A stretch of 64,000 nucleotides of DNA, taken from Oligoflexales bacterium (GTDB lineage: Bacteria > Bdellovibrionota_B > Oligoflexia > Oligoflexales > CAIYRB01). A program made the position numbers and the translations under genes. The stretch covers positions 32,001 to 96,000 of the forward strand of contig JBGSUI010000240.1 of assembly GCA_041736175.1 (NCBI GenBank). Reading direction: 5' to 3'. Of the stretch, positions 21,274-31,514 are shown piece after piece (positions within the stretch are counted from its first letter, which is position 1; every line of letters begins with the position of its first letter). Below the pieces are notes generated by a model. It ran no database searches and was not told the origin of the DNA. It saw nothing but the letters and a program-made list of their open reading frames with translations.

Positions 21274-22992
21274 ATGCGACAATTCACAGAGACTTATTGG
21301 TGTAAAAAGATATTATTTGGCCTGTTTGTGATTTTTTCCCAAAAAGCTCTTGGTGTCAATTTTATTGACGCCGCGCCTCTGGGCGCATTGATCAAAGAGC
21401 CTGTCGCCTCTTGCAAGGGCGAAAAGACCATCCAGGTCCCAGTGATTACTTGGGGTGGGGACATGATGACTATCTTTGCCAATGGTGGCAAGACAACCCA
21501 GCCCGCCAGCCTGTTTGGGAAATCTGGTCTCAGCCTCCAATTGGTTAGGGAGGATATTTTTACCAACCAAATCAAATCCTATCTTGCCTGTAAAACACCG
21601 TTTTTAAGGGGCACATTAGGAATGATCAATCTGGCCGCACCCCTCACGGATGTCGACCCTAAATCGAAAATGATTGTGATCCACCAGCTAACCTGGTCGG
21701 CTGGCGGCGATGCCTTGGTGGTTAAAAGTGGGATCTCCAAACCAGCAGACCTGAAGGGTAAAACCATTGCTCTCCAGGCTTACGGTCCCCATCTGGATTA
21801 TTTAGGAAAGATCCTCGATGATGCAGGCCTAACCATTAAAGACGTCCAGTTGAAATGGGTCAAAGATCTGACAGGAACTGCCCAATCTCCGGCGGCAGCC
21901 CTTCGAACTCAGGGGATCGATGCTGCTGTCGTGATCATTCCCGATGCCTTAGCATTGACATCAAATGGATCCGTTGGGACAGGAGCCGAAGATTCTGTCA
22001 AGGGTGCCTCGATCCTCTTATCGACTAAATCGGCAAGTAAGATCATTGCAGATGTCTATGCGGTGCGATCGGATTTTTATGAACAAAATAAAGAGCTGGT
22101 CCAAAAATTTGTAACGACTCTTATCCAGGCCCAAGGCGATCTCGCCCAGCTCTGGAAACAAAAAGAAAGTGCACCCTATAAGGACTTTCTAACCCTGTCG
22201 GCACAAATTCTGCTCGACAGCCCCCAAGCCACCAAGGACGTGGAAGGGATGTACGCCGATGCTGAGATGCTAGGAGCTGCAGATAATGAGCGCTTTTTCA
22301 ATGATGGAAAATACCCGCGAAATTTTGCGGCTTTAAACTCAGAAATAGCCCCTATTCTAACAGCTCTCAAGCTTATTGATAAAGCGACTCCCTTAAAGGC
22401 AGCCCAATGGGACTATAAAACACTGGGTCTCCTAGGTGCTGGCGACCGCTTACCCAAGCAAAGATTCGATACCGACCAAGTGGCCAAGGCCGTCATGCGC
22501 AAAGACCAGCAAGGAACCCTCAATGATTCCTCCTTGTTTTCCTTCGAGGTGGTTTTTAAGCCCAATCAAAACTCTTTTAGCGCTGACGACTATGAAAAAG
22601 AGTTTAAAAAGGTGGTCAGTTTAGCCTCAACCTATGGGGGAGCAGTGATCACGGTCGAAGGCCACTCAGATCCCATGGCTTATCTCAAGCAGCAAAAACA
22701 AGGGACGACAGATGTGGTCCTCAACCGACTCAAACAGTCCGCAAAGAATCTCAGTCTTACCCGTGCCCAGGTGGTGCGTGATGCCCTTATTAAGTATGCA
22801 GAAGCCCAGTCCATCAGTCTCGATCCTAGCCAATTTGCACTGGTAGGCCATGGGATTGCAAAACCAAAGACGGGAGTCTGTGGTACTGATCCTTGCCAGC
22901 CAAAATCTGAGAAAGAATGGTTAAGTAATATGCGAGTCGAATTTCGAATCGTCCAAATGGAAGCAGAAGAATCTGTCTTTAAGCCTCTTTAG
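21274..22992 (+). CDS. NMT1/SsuA-like solute-binding protein fused to a C-terminal OmpA-like domain
   Basis: Signal peptide; SAGGDALV and DLKGKTIA motifs; C-terminal FKPNQ..VEGHSD..LSLTRA..NMRVE. Confidence 0.8.
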   Translation: MRQFTETYWCKKILFGLFVIFSQKALGVNFIDAAPLGALIKEPVASCKGEKTIQVPVITWGGDMMTIFANGGKTTQPASLFGKSGLSLQLVREDIFTNQIKSYLACKTPFLRGTLGMINLAAPLTDVDPKSKMIVIHQLTWSAGGDALVVKSGISKPADLKGKTIALQAYGPHLDYLGKILDDAGLTIKDVQLKWVKDLTGTAQSPAAALRTQGIDAAVVIIPDALALTSNGSVGTGAEDSVKGASILLSTKSASKIIADVYAVRSDFYEQNKELVQKFVTTLIQAQGDLAQLWKQKESAPYKDFLTLSAQILLDSPQATKDVEGMYADAEMLGAADNERFFNDGKYPRNFAALNSEIAPILTALKLIDKATPLKAAQWDYKTLGLLGAGDRLPKQRFDTDQVAKAVMRKDQQGTLNDSSLFSFEVVFKPNQNSFSADDYEKEFKKVVSLASTYGGAVITVEGHSDPMAYLKQQKQGTTDVVLNRLKQSAKNLSLTRAQVVRDALIKYAEAQSISLDPSQFALVGHGIAKPKTGVCGTDPCQPKSEKEWLSNMRVEFRIVQMEAEESVFKPL

Positions 22993-23000
22993 GGAGTCCT

Positions 23001-23801
23001 ATGAATAAAAGAGCCAAAGGAAAAAATAAGTCTTCAGGTACTGTTATTGGGTTTGTTGTCATCGCTTTGGTTGGCTATGGCGTCTACCTTATGTTTAAGC
23101 CTGGCGATCAAGTGGATGGAGCACCCCCCTCAGCCACACCAGTCAAAAGGCCCTGGCCAAGGGTCGTAGACGCTGGAAATCCAGAGGAGAGCAAATCCAC
23201 AGGAGCATCTCTCGCCCTGGCTGCTAAAAATTACTACGTGGTCTTTGATGCCTCGGGGAGCATGGGTGTCTCGGGTTGTTCGGGAAGTAGCGACAAAATG
23301 CATGTGGCCAAGGAGTCTCTCGTTAAGTTTGCATCCTCTGTACCTGAAAACGCCCATCTTGGCTTGACAGTCTTTGACGGCCAAGGAGTCAGAGAAGTGG
23401 TTCCCCTTGGAATTCAGAATCGAAAAGAGTTTACCTCAGCGGTGACCGGGTTGACCCCAGGGGGATCGACCCCCCTAAAAAGCGCTATGACCCTTGGTGC
23501 AGAAAAACTCGAAGACCAAGCTCGCAAACAATTGGCTTATGGCGAGTATAATCTCGTCGTGGTGACCGATGGCGAAGCTGACAAAGGCGAAGATCCAAGA
23601 CCGGTGGTGGATGACCTCCTTTTAAACTCTCCCGTCATCATCCATACGGTGGGATTTTGTATCGGTTCAGACCATTCCCTTAACCAACCTTCCAAGGTTC
23701 TCTATAAAGCTGCCAATGAACCGGGGGAGCTGACTAAGGGCCTTGAGGATGTTCTAGCGGAGTCGGAATCCTTTGATGTGTCGACCTTTACCAGTCCTTA
23801 G
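23001..23801 (+). CDS. membrane-anchored vWA domain protein
   Basis: N-terminal TM; MIDAS motif DASGS, GSTP, VTDGE and HTVGF. Confidence 0.85.
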   Translation: MNKRAKGKNKSSGTVIGFVVIALVGYGVYLMFKPGDQVDGAPPSATPVKRPWPRVVDAGNPEESKSTGASLALAAKNYYVVFDASGSMGVSGCSGSSDKMHVAKESLVKFASSVPENAHLGLTVFDGQGVREVVPLGIQNRKEFTSAVTGLTPGGSTPLKSAMTLGAEKLEDQARKQLAYGEYNLVVVTDGEADKGEDPRPVVDDLLLNSPVIIHTVGFCIGSDHSLNQPSKVLYKAANEPGELTKGLEDVLAESESFDVSTFTSP

Positions 23802-25405
23802 TGGGATTTTTTATGAATAGTCCAACCACTGGAAATGCAAAAATCATCGGTGTGATCGTGATGCTTATCGTCGGAGCGGCAGCCATGATCGCTTACCGTT
23901 TGGTCGCGCCCCAGATCAAAGATCAGCAGCAGGCAGACTCCTCTGATGCTGCGGGGACCAAAGGCACCATTAAAGTCGGCATAGACAGCTGGGTGGGCTA
24001 TATTCCCCTCTGTAGTAAGATCATGCGCCAAGAGATGCGTGCAAAGGGGTATCTCTGGGTTTGTGAAGACGACCAAGGCAACTACAAAGACAGGTTTAGC
24101 AATCTTTCCAAGGGCCAGATCCAACTAGCCGTCAGCACCATCGATGCCCTGCTGGTCAACGGCGCGGCCTATGACGACCCTGGTGTCATCATCGCTGTCC
24201 TCGACGAATCAAAAGGAGGTGACGCTTTAGTGGCCGATAAAGCGAAGTACAAAAATCTAGATCAGGTTAAAAAATCCACAGAAAAGCTCAGGATCGCCTT
24301 TACTCCGGCATCGCCCAGCGAGTATTTTCTGACTGCAGTGGGAGTTCACTTTGATATCCCCAAGTTTCTCAAGCAAGGTGAATCCAAACGGATCGAAGTC
24401 GAAGGTGCTGAGCAGGCCTTTAAAAAGCTGAAAAACAAAGATGCGGATATCGCGGTCCTTTGGGAGCCTTTTGTTTCGATGGCTATGGCATCGGGCGATC
24501 ATGCGGTGCTGCTATCGACCCGAGACTCCGCACAGGTTATCGTTGACGTGCTCCTTGCCCAGAGGACTTTCGCCCAGCAAAATCCCAGCTTAATACAGGA
24601 CATTCTTTCGGCCTACTTTCATACATTAAAACAGTTTCGAAATGACTCCCAATCCCTCCACCAGGAAGTCGCTGCCCAATCGAAACTCCAAGCCGATATG
24701 GTAGGACCTGTCCTCAAAGGTGTAAACTGGTTTACATTGATGCAAAATGCCCGTGATTGGTTTGGCCTGATCGCCCAGCCTAACGGCAAAAAGACCGAAG
24801 GACTCGCGGACGCCATAGAATCCACGGCAAAAATCCTCCTGGAAAGCCGATTTCTCCCTAAGAATCCTATCCCTGGCGGTGATCCCTTCCGGCTGCAAAA
24901 CAAGTCCTATCTAGAGGCACTCTACCAGTCTGGAGTGGGCGTAACCCTGACTAGCCTTGGAGATGAGCAAAGTGGTCTTACCAATTCCTTAACACGCCCC
25001 TTTACGGATCTTGACGCTCAGGGCTGGAGCCAACTCATCGAGGTTGGGTCCCTTAAGGTACGGCCCATTGCTTTTCAAAGTGGGACCGGAGAACTCGGCG
25101 ACGAAAGCCGTGCCGAGCTTGATGCTGCAGCCCAGCATCTAGCCCATTACCCCAATTTTCGGATTTTGGTCAAAGGTCACACAGGTGTGTCTGGAGAACC
25201 CGAAGCAAATCGACAGCTCTCGGAGGCAAGAGCCCAATCGGTAGTTGATTATTTGGTCACACAGCACCAGATCAGCCGTTCTCGCCTTAGACCCGTAGGT
25301 CTTGGTGGCACAAATCCCCTTCCCCGCCAGCTCGACGAGTCTGATCGGGCTTTTAACTATCGACTACCACGGGTGGAAATCTCCTTGGTTTCTGAGATGT
25401 ATTGA
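23801..25405 (+). CDS. membrane-anchored solute-binding protein fused to an OmpA-like domain
   Basis: TM anchor; DSWVGY, SKGGDA and LWEPF motifs; C-terminal F.SG..KGHT..N.QLSEARA..RVEI. Alternative ATG at 23813. Confidence 0.8.
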   Translation: MGFFMNSPTTGNAKIIGVIVMLIVGAAAMIAYRLVAPQIKDQQQADSSDAAGTKGTIKVGIDSWVGYIPLCSKIMRQEMRAKGYLWVCEDDQGNYKDRFSNLSKGQIQLAVSTIDALLVNGAAYDDPGVIIAVLDESKGGDALVADKAKYKNLDQVKKSTEKLRIAFTPASPSEYFLTAVGVHFDIPKFLKQGESKRIEVEGAEQAFKKLKNKDADIAVLWEPFVSMAMASGDHAVLLSTRDSAQVIVDVLLAQRTFAQQNPSLIQDILSAYFHTLKQFRNDSQSLHQEVAAQSKLQADMVGPVLKGVNWFTLMQNARDWFGLIAQPNGKKTEGLADAIESTAKILLESRFLPKNPIPGGDPFRLQNKSYLEALYQSGVGVTLTSLGDEQSGLTNSLTRPFTDLDAQGWSQLIEVGSLKVRPIAFQSGTGELGDESRAELDAAAQHLAHYPNFRILVKGHTGVSGEPEANRQLSEARAQSVVDYLVTQHQISRSRLRPVGLGGTNPLPRQLDESDRAFNYRLPRVEISLVSEMY

Positions 25406-25421
25406 GAGGAATCGTTGGCCT

Positions 25422-26264
25422 ATGACTCAGCAGCTTCCGGATTTTTCAGCCCAAGCCACAAAAAAGGCTCTTATAAAAGAGACTATCCAACATCCTTTGA
25501 CCCTATACAGTGGCGGTATTTGCGTCCTTAGCTTTTTGTCCATTGGCCTTTTTGGACTAAACTGGCTCAATGGTACAGTGGGCTTCGTTTCCTTGGCTTT
25601 AAGTGGTGGATCTTGGACTTATAATTACTTTGCAAGATATGATGTCTACACCAGGCGCCATTTAGAATCCCTACGACTTATGATGGAGGCTCAAAAAAAA
25701 GCTTTAACTGATAAACTATCCAAGTCCCTTAAAGAGATTGCCTCTACCCCCGGCACGGAGGAGCTTGTCCAACAAGCAAAAGCTCAATTTCCCATGCTCA
25801 ATAGCAAATTTGAGGGGTTTAGGTCTCTGTTGGCAGATAAATTTGCGCCCACCGAAATCACCTATGGGCGCTACCTAGGAAGCGGCGAACAACTCTATCT
25901 ATCGGTTTTAGACCAGCTCAATCATGTGGTCACTCTGTTTAAAAGCATCGACTCTTCCGACATGGCCTATGCCAAAAAGCGGATGGATAGCCTTAAAAAA
26001 AACGCTGCAAACTTGTCCCCTGACGACCGAGACGAATTGGTAGCACTCGAAAAAAGGGTCTCCATTGTCGATCAATGTCTCAAGGACATCGACGTTATCC
26101 TCAGCCGCAACGAGGAAGCCTTGACCGCACTCGAACTAGCAAAGGCATCCATAGCCTCCATTCAAACATCGAGGGGGCAAACCTCAGCACAGCTCCCAGA
26201 CACCATCAAAGACTTAGAAGATTTGGCCCAAAGGGCAAAACATTATGCCATCAATAACCAATAA
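25422..26264 (+). CDS. two-TM coiled-coil protein (XpaC-like TelA partner)
   Basis: ATG at 25422 behind GAGAGGA; two TM helices then a helical coiled coil; sits immediately upstream of telA. Confidence 0.6.
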   Translation: MTQQLPDFSAQATKKALIKETIQHPLTLYSGGICVLSFLSIGLFGLNWLNGTVGFVSLALSGGSWTYNYFARYDVYTRRHLESLRLMMEAQKKALTDKLSKSLKEIASTPGTEELVQQAKAQFPMLNSKFEGFRSLLADKFAPTEITYGRYLGSGEQLYLSVLDQLNHVVTLFKSIDSSDMAYAKKRMDSLKKNAANLSPDDRDELVALEKRVSIVDQCLKDIDVILSRNEEALTALELAKASIASIQTSRGQTSAQLPDTIKDLEDLAQRAKHYAINNQ

Positions 26265-26297
26265 ATCGTTTTTTTCAATTTTTAAAGGAGTTCAAAC

Positions 26298-27500
26298 ATG
26301 GCAGCAGTCATCCAAGAGTCAGGGACCTCTCTCCATGCGGCCGATCCCCAGACTCTGAAACTAGACCTCAAATTAGTCGATAGCGCTGCGATTGCAGCCC
26401 ATCCTGGGGATCACCCGGAGCTAGACCGCAAAGCTGAGGATTTTGTAAAAGCCCTTGTGAGCCTTAATCCTGGGGATGAAACGTCGCGGGCATCCGCCAA
26501 AAGTTCGGTAGAAACCATCGGTTTTGACCTGCAAAAAGAAGCAGCTCGGCAGAGTGAGATGCTTAAACAGCCCCTCAATGCCCTCGCCAAAAAAAGCGAG
26601 GATGGTGGTGAAGTGGCCAAATCTTTGATCGACCTAAAGATGCAAGTTGAAGACCTCGATCCAGGGAAAATAGACCTTGAGGCTGGTTGGTTTTCAAGGA
26701 CCGTAGGCTTAATCCCAGGTATCGGAAATCCCCTCAAACGATACTTCTCAAAATATGAATCCGCCCAGACGACCATCGGTGCGATCATTCGTAGCTTGGA
26801 GAATGGCCGGGACCAGCTTAAAAGGGACAATATAACCTTAAGCCAAGATCAAAAAAGGATGCGTGAACTAACCATTAAGATCGAGTCGACGATCAAGCTG
26901 GGGCAGCTCGTCGATCAAAAACTCGAATATTTGGCAGATCGAGAACTAGCAGCCGATCAGGTCAAACAAAAATTTGTTCGTGAAGAGCTGCTTTTTGCCG
27001 TAAGACAAAGGCTTATGGATCTGCAGCAACAGCTCGCCGTCAACCAACAAGGCGTCTTAGCGACGGAGATCATTATCCGCAACAACCAAGAGTTGGTCCG
27101 AGGCGTAGAGCGTGCCCTTAACGTGACGGTTTCGGCACTCCAAGTCGCCGTGACGGTGGCGATGGCCTTAGCTAACCAAAAAATCGTCCTCGATAAAATC
27201 TCGGCGATCAACCAAACCACCTCAAATCTTATCGCAGGCACGGCCCAACGACTAAAAACCCAAGGCGCAGAGATTCACAAACAAGCAGCATCGACCACGA
27301 TCGATATGGAGGCTTTAAAAGGGGCTTTTATCGATATCAATGCAGCCATGGAGGATATATCTAGTTTCCGCTCTAAAGCACTCCCGCAGATGGCAAACAC
27401 GATTATAGAAATGGACCAGTTAACCTCGCAGGCCAACGCTTCGATCGTCAAGATGGAAAAAGGAAACCGTGCAAAGCCGTCCATAACTTTAGATGTCTAA
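26298..27500 (+). CDS. telA: toxic anion resistance protein TelA/KlaA family
   Basis: Y.SAQ..I..I..L, R..DLQQQLAV.QQG and NN.EL..V.RA motifs; all-helical. Confidence 0.85.
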   Translation: MAAVIQESGTSLHAADPQTLKLDLKLVDSAAIAAHPGDHPELDRKAEDFVKALVSLNPGDETSRASAKSSVETIGFDLQKEAARQSEMLKQPLNALAKKSEDGGEVAKSLIDLKMQVEDLDPGKIDLEAGWFSRTVGLIPGIGNPLKRYFSKYESAQTTIGAIIRSLENGRDQLKRDNITLSQDQKRMRELTIKIESTIKLGQLVDQKLEYLADRELAADQVKQKFVREELLFAVRQRLMDLQQQLAVNQQGVLATEIIIRNNQELVRGVERALNVTVSALQVAVTVAMALANQKIVLDKISAINQTTSNLIAGTAQRLKTQGAEIHKQAASTTIDMEALKGAFIDINAAMEDISSFRSKALPQMANTIIEMDQLTSQANASIVKMEKGNRAKPSITLDV

Positions 27501-27527
27501 TCGTTAAAACATAAGGAGAGTGAGTCT

Positions 27528-28598
27528 ATGGTAACGCGTTTTTTGAGTAAAGTAATCGCTTCGGCAGCCCTTTTGGGGATCATAGGATTTTCCTCACGAT
27601 CGGATGCAAATCCAAATCAAAAAGATTTTAATGTTTGCTGGTCCCATTATACGGGCTGGGAACCTTGGGCCTATGCGGAATCTTCGGGAATCCTTAAAAA
27701 ATGGGCTGATAAGTACAGCATTTCCATTAAACTAACCCTGATTAATGACTACGTGGAGTCTATCAATCTCTACACCGCCGGCAAATACGATGCCTGTACC
27801 ATGACCAACATGGATGCGCTGACCATTCCAGCGGCCGGGGGTGTGGATTCCACGGCACTGGTTATCGGCGACTTTTCTAATGGCAACGATGGAATCATCG
27901 CCAAAGGAGCGAGTGACCTTAAGGAGCTTAAGGGCAAAAATATTAAATTAGTCGAACTCTCGGTGTCCCATTACCTTTTAGCTAGAGCTCTGGAAACGGT
28001 CAGATTAAAAGAATCCGACGTCAAGGTTATCAACACCAGCGATGCTGATATCGGCGGAGTCTTTACGTCCGAAAAATCCGGAGTGGCCGTCACCTGGAAC
28101 CCCATTTTGATGCAACTAAAGGCCGGCCAAGGGGTTAAGGAACTCTTTAATTCTTCCAAGATCCCCGGTGAAATCATCGACCTTATGGTGGTCAAGACGG
28201 TTGCTCCAGAAAGTCTTAAAAAAGCCCTGGTCGGAGCCTGGTACGATGTGATGGCGATCCTGAATGGCAGCGGATCTCAAACAGATGCCGCTTTAGCATC
28301 CATGGCCAAAACCGCTGGGGGTTCGGTCCAGGAGTTTAAAGATCAGCTTAAAACCACCGCCATGTTTTACAAGGCCAGCGATGCCGTCGCTTTTGCAAAA
28401 AGTGGAGATCTTAAAAAAACCATGGACCAGGTCCGGAGCTTTTCCTTTGAAAAGGGTCTTTTTGGCAAAGGAGCAAAATCCAAAGATGACATCGGCATCA
28501 TCTTTCCAGATGGCAGCATCCTAGGATCTAAAACCAATATCAAGCTCAGATTTGATAGCACCTTTATGCAGCAACTAGCCTCTTCAGGCCAACTCTAA
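27528..28598 (+). CDS. ABC substrate-binding protein, urea-carboxylase-region (guanidine-type) family
   Basis: WSHYTGWEPW, INDYVESIN.Y, TNMDAL.IPA.GVD, SNGNDG, ELSVSHYLL and IPGEI.D motifs. Confidence 0.8.
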   Translation: MVTRFLSKVIASAALLGIIGFSSRSDANPNQKDFNVCWSHYTGWEPWAYAESSGILKKWADKYSISIKLTLINDYVESINLYTAGKYDACTMTNMDALTIPAAGGVDSTALVIGDFSNGNDGIIAKGASDLKELKGKNIKLVELSVSHYLLARALETVRLKESDVKVINTSDADIGGVFTSEKSGVAVTWNPILMQLKAGQGVKELFNSSKIPGEIIDLMVVKTVAPESLKKALVGAWYDVMAILNGSGSQTDAALASMAKTAGGSVQEFKDQLKTTAMFYKASDAVAFAKSGDLKKTMDQVRSFSFEKGLFGKGAKSKDDIGIIFPDGSILGSKTNIKLRFDSTFMQQLASSGQL

Positions 28599-28611
28599 AC
28601 AAGGTTTCCCC

Positions 28612-29502
28612 ATGACCACAAGCGTCAAAGCCACAGAACCTGCGACTTTCCATCGAACCAAACCCTTGGTGAAAGTTGGATGGAAGGCCCAGATTTGGGG
28701 CCTTGACGCACAACCAGGACCGATCTTAACGGTGGTCTTAGGGGCCTTACCGTTTTTACTTTTGATTGGGGTCTATGTATTCGCCTCCCATCTGCGGCAT
28801 CTGGACAATCCGAGCGATAAGCTATTGCCTAGTCTCACCCAGATGTTTGAAGCTATGAAAACTATGGCTCTTGAGGAAGATCCTCGTAGCGGCAGTATCC
28901 TTTTATGGCTCGATACCACCCAGAGTCTGGTCAGGATTGGGACTGGAATGGCTGCCGCCGGGCTGGCTGGACTCTTAACAGGGGTCCATCTGGGGGTTTT
29001 TGCCCAGTGGCGGGCGGGGTTTTTGCCCCTGGTCACCTTTATGTCAATCATCCCGCCGCTGGCGTTGTTACCCATCTTGTTTATCGTTTTTGGGGTCGAT
29101 GAGTTCGCCAAAATTGCGCTTATTTTTATAGGGGTCTATCCGATTATTGCTAGGGACATCTTTGGTGCCGTCGCCAAACTTCCTGCTGAGCAAAGGACAA
29201 AGTCCCAGACCCTTGGGGCTGACGGAATCGCCTATTTATATTGGGTGGTCATGCCCCAGGTGTTGCCTCGCCTGGTAGAGACAGTGCGGTTAAGCATGGG
29301 CAGTGCATGGTTGTTCTTGATTGCATCCGAAGCGATCGCTGCCGATGCTGGACTGGGATACCGCATTTTCCTGGTCCGTCGTTATCTATCGATGGATATT
29401 ATTATCCCCTATGCTTTGTGGATTACTCTTTTAGGATTTTCTCTGGATTATATCCTTAAATCTGTCAATAAAAAATGGTTTAAGTGGTACGTTTGGACCT
29501 AG
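28612..29502 (+). CDS. ABC permease (TauC/SsuC-like, urea-carboxylase-region type)
   Basis: DKLLPS, IPPLALLP and GLGYRIFLVRRY motifs. Confidence 0.85.
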   Translation: MTTSVKATEPATFHRTKPLVKVGWKAQIWGLDAQPGPILTVVLGALPFLLLIGVYVFASHLRHLDNPSDKLLPSLTQMFEAMKTMALEEDPRSGSILLWLDTTQSLVRIGTGMAAAGLAGLLTGVHLGVFAQWRAGFLPLVTFMSIIPPLALLPILFIVFGVDEFAKIALIFIGVYPIIARDIFGAVAKLPAEQRTKSQTLGADGIAYLYWVVMPQVLPRLVETVRLSMGSAWLFLIASEAIAADAGLGYRIFLVRRYLSMDIIIPYALWITLLGFSLDYILKSVNKKWFKWYVWT

Positions 29503-29518
29503 GTGGAGAATTTCTATA

Positions 29519-30427
29519 GTGAATCAAAAACAACCTTTTGATGCCGACAAAAAATTGATCAGTGTCAAAGACGTCTATAAGTCTTACGGACCTAAGCTGG
29601 TCTTAGATGATATCGATCTCCACGTAAAGGCTGGGGAATTGTGCACGGTCGTTGGGCCGAGTGGCTGTGGCAAAAGCACGCTGTTAAGGTTGATTTTAGG
29701 CCAAGAAAAGCCTACCCAGGGAGCTGTCTATTTCGAAGAAAATCTCGTCGACAGGGCTCGACCAGATAGGGGAATCGTCTACCAAAAATATAGTTTATTT
29801 CCCCACCTCTCGGTGCTTTCTAACGTGCTCTTAGGCAAGCGGTTTATGTTGGGTTGGGGCGCCTGGTTAAGTCAGAAAAGATCACTGGAAGAAGCCGCTC
29901 TCCAGCTCCTCAAGCGTATGCGTTTAGAGGCACACGCCCATAAATACCCCCATGAACTCTCAGGTGGGATGCAGCAGCGCGTTGCTATAGCCCAAGCCCT
30001 GATGACCCGGCCGAAAGTCCTCCTAATGGACGAGCCTTTTGGGGCCTTAGATCCTGGGACCCGGGAGGATATGCAGCTTTACCTGCTGGAGCTTTGGGAA
30101 GAAACCCGGATGACCATATTTTTTGTGACCCATGATCTTGAGGAGGCAGCCTACCTAGGGACCAGGCTCCTCGTAGTGTCCCAATTTTACGAGGATGACC
30201 GGGGCCGAGATTTTGCCAGGGGTGCAAAAATCGTCGGTGATCATGCTTTAGAGCGGACCGCATTGTCCACAAAGGTCAAGGAGTCTTCGAAATTTGTAGA
30301 ATTTGTGGCGAGGATTCGCTCCGAAGGGTTTGACCCTCACACCAAGCGGCATATCCGGGATTTTAACCTCAACCACTCCGATTCCTTCCGCACGGTTTCT
30401 AATCAAGAATGGGCTAACCAACCCTGA
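29519..30427 (+). CDS. ABC ATPase (TauB/SsuB-like)
   Basis: [17 protein letters not shown] and DEPFGALD motifs. Confidence 0.9.
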   Translation: MNQKQPFDADKKLISVKDVYKSYGPKLVLDDIDLHVKAGELCTVVGPSGCGKSTLLRLILGQEKPTQGAVYFEENLVDRARPDRGIVYQKYSLFPHLSVLSNVLLGKRFMLGWGAWLSQKRSLEEAALQLLKRMRLEAHAHKYPHELSGGMQQRVAIAQALMTRPKVLLMDEPFGALDPGTREDMQLYLLELWEETRMTIFFVTHDLEEAAYLGTRLLVVSQFYEDDRGRDFARGAKIVGDHALERTALSTKVKESSKFVEFVARIRSEGFDPHTKRHIRDFNLNHSDSFRTVSNQEWANQP

Positions 30428-30432
30428 GGCAC

Positions 30433-30906
30433 GTGCAGCGGATCGATGAAACCCGCCTTCTGATCGGCACCTCCTTAAATCCAGATCTGTCAAAAATAAC
30501 CATGAGAGAACCCAGAGTCATATCACTCAATGAGCAGACTGGGGAACTAAACGAAATTGTGATCAACAAACATTTGTCAGGGACCTCTCTACCACGCAAC
30601 CACATTTCAGAGTCTCTAAGTATAAGTCTCGATAAGCGCCGAAAGCGTTTTGCTGTGACTCTCCCCTATAATGAAGCAGTCGTCTTTCTTGATCTTAATA
30701 CTTTCAAGATTTTGGGTGCCCATAAAATGCAGCAGCCTGTAGGCATAGATCTTACTCCGGATGAGCGATATTACATAGTCAGTTGTAAAAACCGCAATCC
30801 AGGTTTGAGATTTATTGATGCAGAAACCATGGTCGAAGCGCCGGAATTAGCCATGAATCTGGAGTACGAACATTTAGCTCACGGTTCCTTTGTACCCCTA
30901 ATATGA
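30433..30906 (+). CDS. hypothetical protein, probably a C-terminal beta-propeller fragment
   Basis: Blade-like repeats (SISLD..FAVT, VGIDLTPDERY); GTG start without a clear RBS; too short for a full propeller. Confidence 0.4.
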   Translation: MQRIDETRLLIGTSLNPDLSKITMREPRVISLNEQTGELNEIVINKHLSGTSLPRNHISESLSISLDKRRKRFAVTLPYNEAVVFLDLNTFKILGAHKMQQPVGIDLTPDERYYIVSCKNRNPGLRFIDAETMVEAPELAMNLEYEHLAHGSFVPLI

Positions 30907-30996
30907 CTTTGGCATTTTTAATGACTCTCATGGAGCATTTAGTGCGACCTTGACGGACCCCTTTAGGGAAGGAGAAGAAGACACGGAAACCCCTGT

Positions 30997-31512
30997 TCAA
31001 GTTTCGGCTTCAAAAATCTCTTCGATGAAAAACTGGGTCTTTGGTGGGATTTGAGTTTTAGGATAATAGTCTTGGACTATATTAAACACAGCTATGGCTA
31101 GGGTAAGCTTCAAGAATTTAATCAGGAAAATAACATCGTCGCGATCTGATGTATCCCATCTTGCGCTGATGCATTTCATCGCTAGCATGTAGCGCGCTTC
31201 TGGAGCCCAAACGAGAAGATTAGAGAATTTAGCAACATTTTCCCGGGTAAAATGATTGGTCATAAAGGCCTTGGCGCCGTCGTTTAACCAATCTTCTGGC
31301 AAACCTCTTTGCGCAGCTATTTTTGCAGCCGCGCGACGAATGAATTGACTGGGCTCGAAAATCCCATCGACATCGCGTGTTGCCACGCGTGCATTATAGA
31401 CAAGGCACATCACGGCACCCCCAACAATGCCGATCTCACCATTTTGCCCTTCCTGGCGCAGTTCTTCATTAAGCGCACTCAAACAATCCAATATTTGATC
31501 GCGAGTAAGCAT
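30997..31512 (-). CDS. nucleotidyltransferase (DUF6036/AbiEii-like putative toxin)
   Basis: GIVGGA..R.ATRDVD pol-beta motif, WLNDG and MLAMK..R..D.DD. Confidence 0.7.
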   Translation of the reverse strand: MLTRDQILDCLSALNEELRQEGQNGEIGIVGGAVMCLVYNARVATRDVDGIFEPSQFIRRAAAKIAAQRGLPEDWLNDGAKAFMTNHFTRENVAKFSNLLVWAPEARYMLAMKCISARWDTSDRDDVIFLIKFLKLTLAIAVFNIVQDYYPKTQIPPKTQFFIEEIFEAET

Positions 31513-31514
31513 AT

